Positions 11,936-23,060 of a stretch of 64,000 nt of DNA are shown in pieces. The notes beneath the pieces are model-generated. The model saw only the letters and a list, made by a program, of their open reading frames with translations, had not been told where the DNA came from and did no database searches. The position numbers and the translations under genes are program-made. The stretch's first letter is position 1. Each line of letters opens with the position of its first letter. The DNA comes from Chiloscyllium plagiosum (taxonomy: Eukaryota): contig NC_057720.1 in the NCBI RefSeq assembly GCF_004010195.1, positions 17,168,603 to 17,232,602 of the forward strand, in the 5' to 3' direction.

Positions 11936-12443
11936 AATGCTACCCAAGTAATGAAAGCAGAACCATCATAATGCATATAGTTCATAAATCTGATTACTAC
12001 ATGTCAAAAGTGTTCTCAAGTTCACCAATACAGTACGTATTAGAGATAACAAAACAGGTTGCAATGCTGGTTTTTATTTTTTAAATAACCTATTTGTAAA
12101 AATGAATTTATTTTCTGTTTCTCTGCCACAAAATAGAAACTGAGTTAATTAATAAGAAAGCAATAGATACTTAGGAATTACTATGTTGCAACAGAATTGA
12201 AAGCTTTGGAATATCTTGATTTGGAGATTAATTGCAGTTTCAAGTGTAATCCCTATTTAGAAATATGATACATAAATATATAGAAAAATATTTAACTTAA
12301 ATGCATAACTAATGTTTTGTGACATCTATAGGTTTAACATCACTCTTAATCATAAGTAATGTGACTGATCTTTATTAGACATGTGTGTTAAACTCAGCAA
12401 TTGAACAGTCCAAGAGCAGAAAGCAAGTAAAGTATCAATTTAC

Positions 12444-12612
12444 CTGTAAGGACTTGAACTTGGTGATTCAAGTTCAATGAGATGAACTTCCTTTCCTTCT
12501 GTTGGGTTGGGTAGTAAACAGCCATGTGCAGACTGAGTCTTAAGATATGCTGCAAGATAATTCTGGGATAGAAAATTCTTTTCTATGATGCAAGTTGGTG
12601 GCAACAAGGGAT
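12444..12612 (-). CDS. TGFBR3: betaglycan coding exon, equivalent to human exon 6
   Basis: 169 bp, acceptor tttctgacctctcctag|AT, donor TACAG|gtaaat, phase 1/2. Translates (D)PLLPPTCIIEKNFLSQNYLAAYLKTQSAHGCLLPNPTEGKEVHLIELESPSSSPY(R), with both conserved Cys and the NFLS.NYLA and EVH.IEL motifs. Not in the ORF track. Confidence 0.95.
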
Positions 12613-12709
12613 CTAGGAGAGGTCAGAAATATTATCTGTGACAATTACGAATGTTTATTAAATTGCCAATTTACAAAATATTTTGGAAAACTATCAGTGT
12701 TTCAGATAA

Positions 12710-13655
12710 CATTTGTGACACAAATACCAAGCGATGAACATCTCCAACATGGGTAAATCTAACCATTTCTCCATGGCATTCAAAAGCATACCATTGCGGA
12801 ATCCCCCACCATCATTATTCTAGGATATAGCACTGACCAGAAATGGAATTAAATCATCCATATGATTACTGTGGCTGCAAAAGCAGGTCAGAGTCTTTGA
12901 CAAACCTCGTAGCTCTGCAAAACTTCTACAAGACACAAGTCAGAAGTGTAATGGAATACTCTCCACTTGCTTGGATGAGTCCAAACTCCTCCACAACTGC
13001 AGATTTCCCCTCCAAGCCATTCACCATTCCAATTTGCAACCATATGGTTGCTTCTTTATTGCCAAGGGATTAAACCTTTGGAACTCCTTTTCTAACAGCT
13101 TTACAGAGACGACCTACTCCATGGACTGCAGTGATTCAAAGTAGCAGCTCACCACTACCTTCCCAAGAAAAGTTAGGGGATGGGTAACAAATGTTGGCCT
13201 AGATAGTGAAGTATACAACCTGTGAAAGAATAGAACAAAACTTAAGGAGCTTGGAATCATCCAGGACAAAGCAGCCCATTAGAACAGCAACCCATCCAAC
13301 TATGTCTACATTCACTCCATTCAGCACTGACCCACAATGGCAGCAGTGTGTACCATCTATAAGATGTATTACATTAACTTACCATGCTTCTTTTTTGCAG
13401 CTCCTTCCAAACCTGCAACCTCCACCACTCTGAAGGCCACGGCCAACAGACATATGGGAATACAACGTCCTGCAAACCCCCTCTAAGTAACATACCTCAT
13501 ATCTTAGAAGTATGTTGTCATTCTTTCACCAGCACTGGATCAAAATCCTGGAACTATCTTTCCAACACCACAGGGATGGAAGTGTTTTAAGAAGGTAACT
13601 CGCCATCTGAAGTGCAATTATAATGGACAACTATAGCAATGCCCACATCCCATGT
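12710..13655 (+). mobile_element. two fragments of the second CR1-like non-LTR family
   Basis: ORF 12843-13073 contains YKTQVRSVMEYSPLAWMS. Two copies of the 3' tail (gcagctcaccactacctt..., gcccacatcccat). Further minus-strand copies at about 33940-34380 and 39850-40550. Confidence 0.7.
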
Positions 13656-14120
13656 CAGTTCTAAAATGCTCCTGATGTATGGTAGTGTGGCTAGTCCTTT
13701 GGGTTGCAGCATGTCCGTTCCGTTGTCTTTCTCTTAGGCACTACCATACATCAAGAGCATTTCCGAACTGACAGCCAGACTACTGCGACCACTAGGACTC
13801 ATAACAGCACACAAACCAACAGCCACTCTCAGACAACAACTCACCAGAACGAAGGACCCGATACCCAGCATGAGCAAAACCAATGTAGTGTACAAAATCC
13901 CATGCAAGGACTGCACAAAACACTACATAGGACAAACAGGAAGACAGCTAACGATCCAAATTCATGAACACCAGCGGCAGGGACAGGCCACTATAAATGC
14001 CGGAGGAAACACCACAGAAGCGCTTCACCGGAGGCTCCCAAGCACTGAGGCTGTCACCTAGACAGGGGACGAAACGTTTGCAACAAAAATTTCCAGCTCG
14101 GCGAACAGAACCACAAGAAC
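13653..14120 (+). mobile_element. Penelope-like element 3' fragment (GIY-YIG endonuclease, pLTR hammerhead) with 5' inversion
   Basis: SKTNVVYKIPCKDCTKHYIGQTGRQL..IHEH is a GIY-YIG motif. 13653-13687 is the reverse complement of 13739-13773. Hammerhead-like gca-CTGAGGC-t-GTCacctagacagggGAC-GAAAC-gtt-tgc at 14042-14081. Confidence 0.88.
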
Positions 14121-14324
14121 AACAAATAATATGCATTCCTTGGTATGAGGTAATATACATACATAATACTAATATATAGTTTAGGAAGATAAACAAAGGT
14201 CATTATGAATTTGAATAACAGCATAACTTGATAAGCTACATCTCTAATAATGAAGAATCCACAGTGACTACCATAGCTTGGCCATTAGGTACAAACATTG
14301 CTCGTTAAAGTAAGGTTGACCCAC

Positions 14325-14508
14325 CTTCACCCACTTTGATGTAAATGTTATTAGCCTTATTCAGTTCAGTGAAGGAAGTCACGGATCCATATTTTGTCTG
14401 TGTCCACTGCAGTAAATGTTTGCTGTCTTGGGGAAGCAAATGTTCTTCCAATGATCTTGATGAAGTAAAGTTTACTATTGGAAACTGAACAGTAGAATTC
14501 TTAGAAAC
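14325..14508 (-). CDS. TGFBR3: betaglycan coding exon, equivalent to human exon 5
   Basis: 184 bp, acceptor ttctgttcttcatcccttcag|GTT, donor GAAG|gtgggt, phase 0/1. Translates VSKNSTVQFPIVNFTSSRSLEEHLLPQDSKHLLQWTQTKYGSVTSFTELNKANNIYIKVGE; the YG.VTSFTEL..A.NIYIKVGE motif is diagnostic. Confidence 0.95.
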
Positions 14509-14808
14509 CTGAAGGGATGAAGAACAGAAACAGTTTTTAAAGCTACTCTTCTTCAAAGTGAATGCATTTGTTTTAGATTGAGTGGCAGAGGATTGCAGAG
14601 TTTCTTTTAGAACTATCGGGGATAGTCTAAGAATTACGGCCAGATAGTTCAAGGGAGATTTTAGGAAGTAGTTCTACATACCACAGGGTGGTAGATAATT
14701 GGAACTTTCTTCCACAAATGACAGCAGACACAGGCAACTTGCTAATTTAAAATCTGAGATAGATAAATGTTCGTTAAGCAAAAAGGTATTGAGGGATATG
14801 GGACAAAG

Positions 14809-15015
14809 TCTAAATTAGAGAGATGCTAGAAAAGCACAGCCGGTCAGGCAGCATCCGAGGAGCAGGAAAATCGATGTTTCGGGCAAAAGCCCTTCATCAG
14901 GACTGAAGCCCTGATGAAGGGTTGCTCCTCAGATGTTGCTTGACTGGCTGTGCTTTTCCAGCACCACTCTAATCTAGATTCTGATTTCCAGCATCTGCAG
15001 TCCTCACTTTTGCCT
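14809..15015. mobile_element. fold-back Penelope-derived element, family A
   Basis: Inverted arms (aaaagcacagcc...cccttcatcagg / cctgatgaaggg...ggctgtgctttt). TSD ggata(tg/ca)ggacaaag at 14794-14808 and 15016-15030; the two copies differ as expected from CpG decay of one CG. Confidence 0.8.
14868..14904 (-). ncRNA. minimal type I hammerhead ribozyme motif, sense to TGFBR3 pre-mRNA
   Basis: Minus strand reads agtc-CTGATGA-a-GGGC tttt GCCC-GAAAC-ATC-gatt. Core and stem II intact, stem I AGUC/GAUU, AUC triplet. Confidence 0.6.
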
Positions 15016-18000
15016 GGATACAGGACAAAGGCAACCACATGGAGTTAGGCCACAGACGAGCCATGACCTCATTGTATGATGGAACAGACTCAAAGAGCTG
15101 AATGGCCTATTGCTGTTCTTATGCTCCTATATGTAATCAGTGTATTATTTGCATGTTAAATGGGTTAATTTTTTTATTTTTTGTATAGCTATAGAAATGA
15201 GAGTTTCCTTATTTGACATAGGTAGATCTACTAAATGTTACAACTAACAAGAAAGAAAAATTTGCATTTATGCAGCCGCTTTCACATCTGGATGTACACA
15301 GAGCTTTAAAACTGATAATGCACTGCTATAATGTAGGTAACGCAGAATTGAACAGAAAAAAAATACACTGTAAGCAATAGGTGGAATTTGATACCCTTTA
15401 AATCCACACCCACTGGCAAATTATAAAAGCAGGAGGGCAAATAATTGACTGGGAAGTTGAGGACCCTACAGCTTTCCTGCCTCCTCCTGATTAAGTCTAG
15501 GGCAGGAATACTCACGGATTGCATTCCAATCCAGACACTAATTCAGATACTTAAGTGGGCAATTAATGTAGGTGGCAGAAGTAACCATGCAAGAGAATGA
15601 GAAGCAAATCCTTACTGAGTTTGCTGACAGGATCCTAGGATTTCCCTTATTCAACTGCACCAAGTGCCTAATTGAAGGACTCAGCACTGGGGACGGGAGG
15701 CAAGGCATTGCCTTTACCTCTGACCACTTCTACCAATCAGGAATATCCCTTGTCATAACACAGACATTACAATGGTTGATAAATGGAGCAAACAACCAGG
15801 GTTAATGAGTGATATTCAGATTGGGAAAAGGTTGGAAGTGGTATATAAACCCTTGTTGAGTGCTGGGTATCACAGTCTTCTCAATACACACATTTCTTAC
15901 TGGGTAAATTTGAAACTTCAACCTGAATCTATCCAAAGTCATGGACACATTTCCTGATGTCAGCTTACACTTAAATTGCCCGTCACAGTCATTAAATACA
16001 ATGGAACATAAAAATTAGCATGAACAAGTGGAAAGCAGTACAAATAACTGGGATGAGAAGTGCAGGGTTAATATAATATATTCCTTTAAATGTGAAAATT
16101 AAAGTTTCATTTATGTATATTGATTACAATTAATGGTAGAAGCTTCAACATTTTAAATTCAGCTGATGACATTAAAAAATTAAAAATAAAGTATAGAGTT
16201 TAGTGAGAATAAATCATATTTCCTAGCCCAAAAGTTGAACTTGCTACACATATTTCGTACCTCCACCTTTCTACCTACAGAACAGAGGAAACTTATTCCT
16301 AATCTGAAAAACCCTTCTGAGGGCCATCTCGTCTTAAGATTTCCACATTTGCAATCTCGTCATCTTGTCTTAAGATTTGAGACAAAAATAGTGGCGAGAC
16401 TATCAACATCATGATGAAAGAACAAACTGGACATCAACTTCCAGTGATGGAGTATCTGCAATTAAAAGATGAAAATCAGGACATCACTGTTCAAGTTACC
16501 CCTGTGAATACTAAGTGTCCTGCTGGGCCTTGACATTGAAACACATGAGAAGTGTGAAGTTCATATAATTAATCCATCACATTTCTTTGAAAATTTAAGG
16601 CTTGTTTATTGTAGTGTGACCATTTTGTTTTAATGGCATGGTAAAGTTTAATTGAGCTGATTAGCTCAGTTGGCATGTTTGAGTTCTGCTCCAGCTCACG
16701 TAGGCTAAGGACGTTGCTCCTCATTCTGCACCCATGAGCAGAATGCAAATGGAAAATCATCACTGACAAAACCTGGCAAAGAAACTGCAGAAGAATCAGC
16801 AGACAATGAGCCAATAAACATCTTTCAGGCACAGCACACATGAATGAAGCCTTATATGCTGTCAAACCTTGCTGACAACGAAAGTTCACTTTTATTGTGA
16901 GCAGTCTGACATCATCAGATTTACATATTGTTAAGTTTGAACATTTGGAAGTATCTTTAACTTTCCCTTCATCACATACTATTTTCCCTTTCTTTTGCTT
17001 ATTGTGCATTATTTGGCATTGAATGAATTATTCCAATGCATGCTATTTTATCCAGATGTTGCACCCCTTAGTATTTTTCTACCTCATCAGTTAAGGAGAT
17101 ACACACTTGCCTACCCTGTTTCTTAGGTTCTAGATTATTTCAAAAAGAGTGTTGCATCAAAAATGATTGCTATGCACAAAGTTTCAATGCAAAAGCCTAA
17201 TGGAAGTTTGTTGGTAAGGGTAAATATAAGGAATGACTGCTCGCAAAATCAAGGTCTGTTGTTAAGCAGCCATGTGTATTACTTCCTAACTTCAAAAAAC
17301 AAAGTTCTTTATGATCTTTAAAATGTGGAAATAATTGAAAAGTATAAACATACATATACTTAGTGAGAACATACTATAACTCCTTCTCACTTTAAAATAT
17401 AACAATGATTAAAATTTGGCAGACACTAGCCCACAGCAACTGCCTTTATTGTAGCAAGTCCAGCGTATTTTCTGTGATAAACAACATGTGCCCAGCAATC
17501 TACACTTTTGATATGTCGACACTGGTCTAGACAGTCTAGCTGATTTCTTTTTCCTGGTGCAAAATAATGGAGAGTTGTCAATGATAGAAAGCAAATTTAC
17601 ATTTAGATTTATTTCATCTATTTATTACTGTTCTTTTCACAAACCACCTTTCTAAACATTGCGCAACTTCTAATTTTTCCATCACCAGTTCCCTCTGCAT
17701 GCAGTCAACTATTTTCATGGTACTCTATTTTGTTTCCACTAGTTTCCTGAAATGTACATCCCGTGACACAATTTAATGCAGATGGACTGGAGTCCGACAT
17801 TCCATTGATCAGTGCCAAAAAGTTAGAAAGTGGAGACAAACAGCTGCTTAACCTTTAGACATTATCCTTAGGAAATCTGGCTAAGTTTTAGTGTGATTGC
17901 AATAAAACAAAATAATAAATGCAAGGTTTAGTACAGTACAAAGTAAAATTAATCATAATTATGGCAACAATGACTTGTATTTATATAGCACTTTTAACGT

Positions 18001-18241
18001 AAGGTGTCCCAAAGCATTTCATTGCAGTGTTCTCAAACAATTTGACACCAAACCAGGCAAAAAGCAATTAAGATAGTTGACAAAAACTAGAAAAAGGTAA
18101 ATTCAAGAGGAAAAGGTAAACAGGTAGAGAAATTTCTACAAAAATTTCCAGGCTTAGGGCCCAAAGAACCAAAGGTACTTTCACCAAACTTGGGGAGGGC
18201 TGGGATTGCGTTGAGCTGAGACAGACCAGAATTGAAGGCAT

Positions 18242-18473
18242 CTAGACAAAAACAAGGGCTGCAGATGCTGGAAACCAGACTCTAGATTAGAGTGGTGCTG
18301 GAAAAGCACAGCAGTTTAGGCAGCATTCTGAGGAGCAGGAAAATCAAAGTTTCGAGCAAAAGCCCTTCATCAGGAATAGATATTCGTGATGAAGGGCTTT
18401 TGACGAAACATCGATTTTCCTGCTCCTTGAATGCTGCCTGAACTGCTGTGCTTTTCCAGCACCACTCTAATCT
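18242..18473. mobile_element. fold-back Penelope-derived element, family A
   Basis: About 95 bp inverted arms (tctagattagagtggtgctggaaaagcacagcag / ctgctgtgcttttccagcaccactctaatctaga). Perfect 14 bp TSD agaattgaaggcat at 18228-18241 and 18474-18487. Confidence 0.85.
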
Positions 18474-19049
18474 AGAATTGAAGGCATGCAGAGATCCCAG
18501 AAACTGGCAAGACTGGAGAAGACTGCAGAGATAGGGAACAGTGAAGAAGTGGAAGAATACCAACTGGCCATTTATAAAGTGTTTGAAACATAGGAACTTA
18601 AGTACGCCAAGCTTATTCAACCTCTTGAATCTGTTCCAACATTCAAATAGTTCATGGCTATCACCCCCAATTTAGCTTCCCTTGATACCGTTAGCCATCG
18701 ATCTCAGTCTTGAAAGTTTCAAATGACCCAACATTCACAGCCTTTTGGGATAAGAGATTTCCAAGTAAACTGTAGCTGAATTACTCACACTAACAGTATG
18801 AGGTTAAGAAAAAAAACTCTTTGGATAATAGATGTTAATTTCACCACATAATGCAATGTGGGTTAGCCAGCAAGTGAGCTCAAGACAGATGAAACTATAT
18901 TACAAATCGTGTCCAGCAAAATAGTTGGACATTACCTATACCTTTTGTGTCATTGCATTTGTACTTTTACTATCATTCATATGATATATTGATCTTCCCT
19001 AATGTAATAGTATTAGCATAATGTCAACACCTTCAACTAATTGGCAGAC

Positions 19050-19805
19050 TATAAGATGTGGAAACAGAAGGTGACCAGTCCGCCCATCAAGTCTGCAATG
19101 CCATTAAATGAGATCATGGCTGATTTGGATCCTCAACTCCACTTTTGGATTTTTTCCCATAACCTTTGATTTCCTTACTGATTAAAAATTATCTATCGCA
19201 GATCAAGTATACTTTACCTAACCTCTACAACCTTCTGTGGTCAAGAATTCGACAGATTGTCTACCCTCAGAAGAAATTTCTCTTCACCTCAGTCTTAAAG
19301 TAGCTAACAGCTTACTCGGAGATTATGCCCTCTGGTCCTAAACTGTCCCACAAAACCACCTTTCCACATCTATCTTATCAAGTCCCCTAAGAGTCTTGGA
19401 GAGACTCTGCAGATCTGGCAGCATCTATGAAGAGAAAGCAGTTAACATTTCAAGTCCAGTGACCCTTCTTCAGAAATGTTCCAAAGGGTCATTGGACTCC
19501 TTAACTTTGATGTTGCCAGACTTGCTGAGTTTCTGCAGCAATTTCGGTTTCAGATTTCCAGCAGGTTTTTATTATTTATTCTCAAAAGAATCTTGTCCAC
19601 TTCAATGAGATAATTTCTCATTCTTTTAAACTACAATGAGTACTGACCAAACTTACTCAACTTCCCCTCATAAAGCAGTCCCTCCACATGTAGAGGAGCC
19701 TAGTGAAATTTCTCTAGATTGCCTCCAGTGCCAGTATATCTTTTCTTTCTTAGAGGAACTTAAAATGGTTTAGAGTATTCCAGCTGTAGTTTGACTAGTG
19801 CCTTA
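19050..19805 (-). mobile_element. CR1 LINE 3' fragment containing a family B Penelope pLTR fold-back (about 19396-19570)
   Basis: aatgagatcatggctgat...ctcaactccact is a reverse CR1 tail. The internal insert has the minus-strand motif CTGAAGA-a-GGGTCactgGACTT-GAAA-tgtt at 19441-19475. Confidence 0.7.
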
Positions 19806-19806
19806 G

Positions 19807-20394
19807 CAAGATGACAGCAGATAAGACGCTCCAACTGTCGCTCCTCTGTTCCACCCGTTTTTTCTTTTTTCTTTCTTTCTCCTCCCTTTGAGATTTTTTT
19901 TTCAACTTCTGACTTGGACCTACCTGGAGGGGAATGGAGGAGCTGGTGAGCCCCAGAGGCCAATCCCAGAGCGGAGGCTTGCACGGGGTGGCCAGTCCCG
20001 GAGCAGGGAAGTGAATCCTAGGGAAAACAAAAAAAAACTTACCTTGGAGCAACTGAGAGTTCGTATGGAGTGGACTGGAGGATTGGAGCACAGCGGGGAC
20101 AGTTGTTGGTGCAGGCGGTCAGACCATGTGTGGTAACCGCTGCACTGAGCTACTGCAATGTAATGTTTACTTGCAATTTGTTGATCTGATTGTAATGTTA
20201 TCCTTTTAACTATTATACACTATGAATCACTGTAAAGTAATGCAATTACTTTTCTTTTTATTCCACGTTTGTATCCAAGATCTATACCTCGATTCTTTGT
20301 ACCTCAGATGGTGCCCTAAGAGGTGACAGAGTAAAACATTTCACTGGACTTCTGCAGTTGAGTACACGTGACAATAAAGGATATTCTAATTCTA
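19807..20394 (+). mobile_element. non-autonomous non-LTR element with Rex1/Babar-like ends
   Basis: Starts caagatgacagc, GC-rich body, ends tttcactg...gtacacgtgacaataaa plus (attcta)n. Interrupts the CR1 fragment. A second 3' stub lies at 54660-54735. Confidence 0.5.
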
Positions 20395-22914
20395 ACTGAA
20401 TAGTTTGAGCAAGACTTCACTCTTATATATATAAAATGTACATGACAGGTAGCATCTACTACAGGTAACAGCTCATTTACTTTTCCTCTCTGCTCTTAAA
20501 TTTTACAGATTTCAACAAACATAAGCATAAAAAATGTAGTAACACATTTCATTTAAGTGACATACGTTATATTCAGGAGTGATAATTAAAGTTGTTAATG
20601 CATTAATGCTCATCAACCCAATAAAACTGGATTTCTTACAAAGAAACAAAACTTTGCAATATAAAAATAATCTCAGTAATCTGGAATGGTTTGCATTTTG
20701 TGAATTGATGTACATATGGAAACAGAATTACTTTAAAATATCTAGCTTTAAGTTTAGCACAGAAAGTACTTAACTCAAGCTAGCTTGTATTTTATAGCTT
20801 TAGTATTATGTCTTGTGTTTATCTCTAATCCAAATAACATAGAAAGTAAAACTGAACTCAATATACCGTGACTAGATTGGCATCCAATCTCAACACAAAT
20901 TCTGTTTTGCTACTCGGATGATTCACTGTGTGTTGCTAATGTATTAAAACTCTCACATTGTAGCTACATTGCACACTAGTACCAGAGATCAAATTCTATA
21001 ATCCCAGCAGAAAGACCTTTTTAAACTGGTATGGGACAAACCTGGGCAACAGCCACTCTAACCTTAATTCTTGACCTTTCGTCCAAATGTAACTCCCTAT
21101 TGAAACAGCAAAATCATCATATTTAATCACCCATGCAAATGACAATGCATAATTTTTCCAAATTAAGTAAAACAAAATAAGAAAGTGATCTTATGTCATT
21201 GGCATGATACTGATACTAGAAATGGATAGAAAAGATGGACAGGCTAGGTATAAATGCATTTAGAAAGAAAGTAGATAAGCACATGGAGGGATAAAGGAAT
21301 CAAGTAATTAACTTTGACTTCGGAATTTTATATTACTGAATTTGGCTAACAATAATTACCCTTTTTTTCTCTTTCCTTGGTCCAACTTATGGAAAACTGC
21401 ATTAATTAGAAATAATGTATCCCAATGGTGTACAACCAGAATGATGAGAAATCTAGGCTGTATTTAAAAGGCTGAATGCGCAAGCGGAAATTAGAGTTGT
21501 TCATGATGGATGACATACAAACTGCAACACCCAGCTTCAATGACAGAATCAATAGAAGTACTTTAGGATATACTGAGGATAAGAGACATAGGACCATATT
21601 TGCAAGGGAGTTGGGTTGGAAGGAGGGGTGCAGCCAGACGTGAATCAAAAGCCAGGAACCTGAACTCTGGGGTCATTTGATATTAGTTTTGAATTCAAGC
21701 AGACAAAGACAAAGGGAGGAAACTTAGCGTTCTCAAAGAGAATATGTGGTTGTAGGAATCAGAGGTGGTGAGCAGCATGTGTCTTACACTCAGCTCTTAA
21801 TTTAATGACTTGCTATATCAGAAAAACTGCACATACTTGTTAATCCAACTTTAACTTGTGAATTATGCCCCCATCTGCTTTTCCTCTGTCTTTCAAAATA
21901 AACTCCATTACATGAGTCCTCATCCACTCGATGTTAAGTAGCACCCAGCATTTACTTTCTACTATATCATTTATTCATCCACCTTTGTAGCTCACCACAA
22001 TCTGTACACCATGTGACAGATTTCTCTCGGTTATCCTCACTGAAAAGTTAGGATGGTGAAAAGGCACACATAAATAGGAACTCCAATTAACATGCTCCCA
22101 TTTCCCACCTTGATCTACTGCCTAATCTCCAAAACACAGTTTGCCTTTTCATAGGGCAGTTTGAGGGAGGGCCTTCAGAAGCTCCACAACCCAGAGGCGA
22201 GGTCAGATGTATCACAGCAGTCAAGTCAGGGATCTGAGCAGCTTGTCACTGTCATTGGCGAATGCAACAGATTGAAGTAACAGTAAGTGCAAGTTGAAGA
22301 GACTGGTCATTTCGTGTTTGACATAATGCTATATTAAGTTACCTTTATTTCCCATAAAATTGTTTAAAAACAACTACTCCTCATCCACCTGCTCTTGGGA
22401 ATTAGAAATCTTCCTACTCTATGTTAACAGCTGCAGTTTAGTTAAAAGTAAAAGAATCAATACAGATATAGGTGTAAATTGATGTTGATGACATTACCTC
22501 ATTAGACTACAGCCCTTAAAACAAAGATCATAATTTGAAAAAGACTTCTGTAGCCAGTGCTCATGTTTCAATTCAGGTTAGGGAGAGATGAAAAAGATCC
22601 ATTTTGTAATGTTAAGCAATTATTCCAGAAGTTTAGTTCAAAGAATTGAAGTCTCCACTCTCCCAAAGGCATAACTTGGCTCAGATACCATGTCATCTAC
22701 ACATACAAATACACAATGCTCAATAAAGGCACCAAACTTGTAATCAAGATGAATCATTCATACCACATAATTTCCTACAGTTAGATTGCTATGATAATCT
22801 ATACCACATTTGCTGACAGTACTACTTTGCAATTAGCAAGAACTGTAATTTAATAGAAGGACAACAACTTGCATTAACCACCTCAGGAAATCACAGCAAG
22901 TTTTACTCTATTGA

Positions 22915-23060
22915 AACAAAAACAAATCGCAGGATAAACTCAACAGCTTTGGCAGCATCTGTGGTAAGAAAGCACAGTTAATGTTTCAAATCTGATGACA
23001 CACTTCATCAATTTCTGTTTTTGTTTCAGATCTCCAATATCTGCAATTCTTTGCTTTATT
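22915..23060. mobile_element. degraded family B Penelope pLTR fold-back
   Basis: aaactcaacagctttggcagcatctgtgg...gttaatgtttc followed by aatttctgtttttgtttcagatctccaatatctgca; same motifs as 19396 and 44920. Confidence 0.55.

Larger units (their letters stand above)
14645..15130 (+). mobile_element. CR1 LINE 3' end interrupted by a family A Penelope-derived element
   Basis: agggagattttaggaagtagttct...aaatctgagatagataaat... and tail gagctgaatggcctattgctgttcttatg. Confidence 0.7.

Noticed and set aside
14305..14652. ORF-track 115 aa protein as a whole gene
   Set aside because: Only 14325-14508 is exonic; the rest is read-through into introns.
16915..16975. C/D-box-like pair on the host strand (GTGATGA...CTGA)
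   Set aside because: No terminal stem and no recognisable rRNA or snRNA guide; expected by chance.
18242..18473. miRNA precursor or classical DNA-transposon MITE interpretation of the long hairpins
   Set aside because: Multi-copy, asymmetric arm lengths, 14 bp TSDs and hammerhead cores fit Penelope pLTR fold-backs better. Small-RNA production cannot be judged from sequence alone.
21440..21580. ATGATGA...CTGA snoRNA-like motifs
   Set aside because: Antisense to the host gene and lacking a terminal stem.
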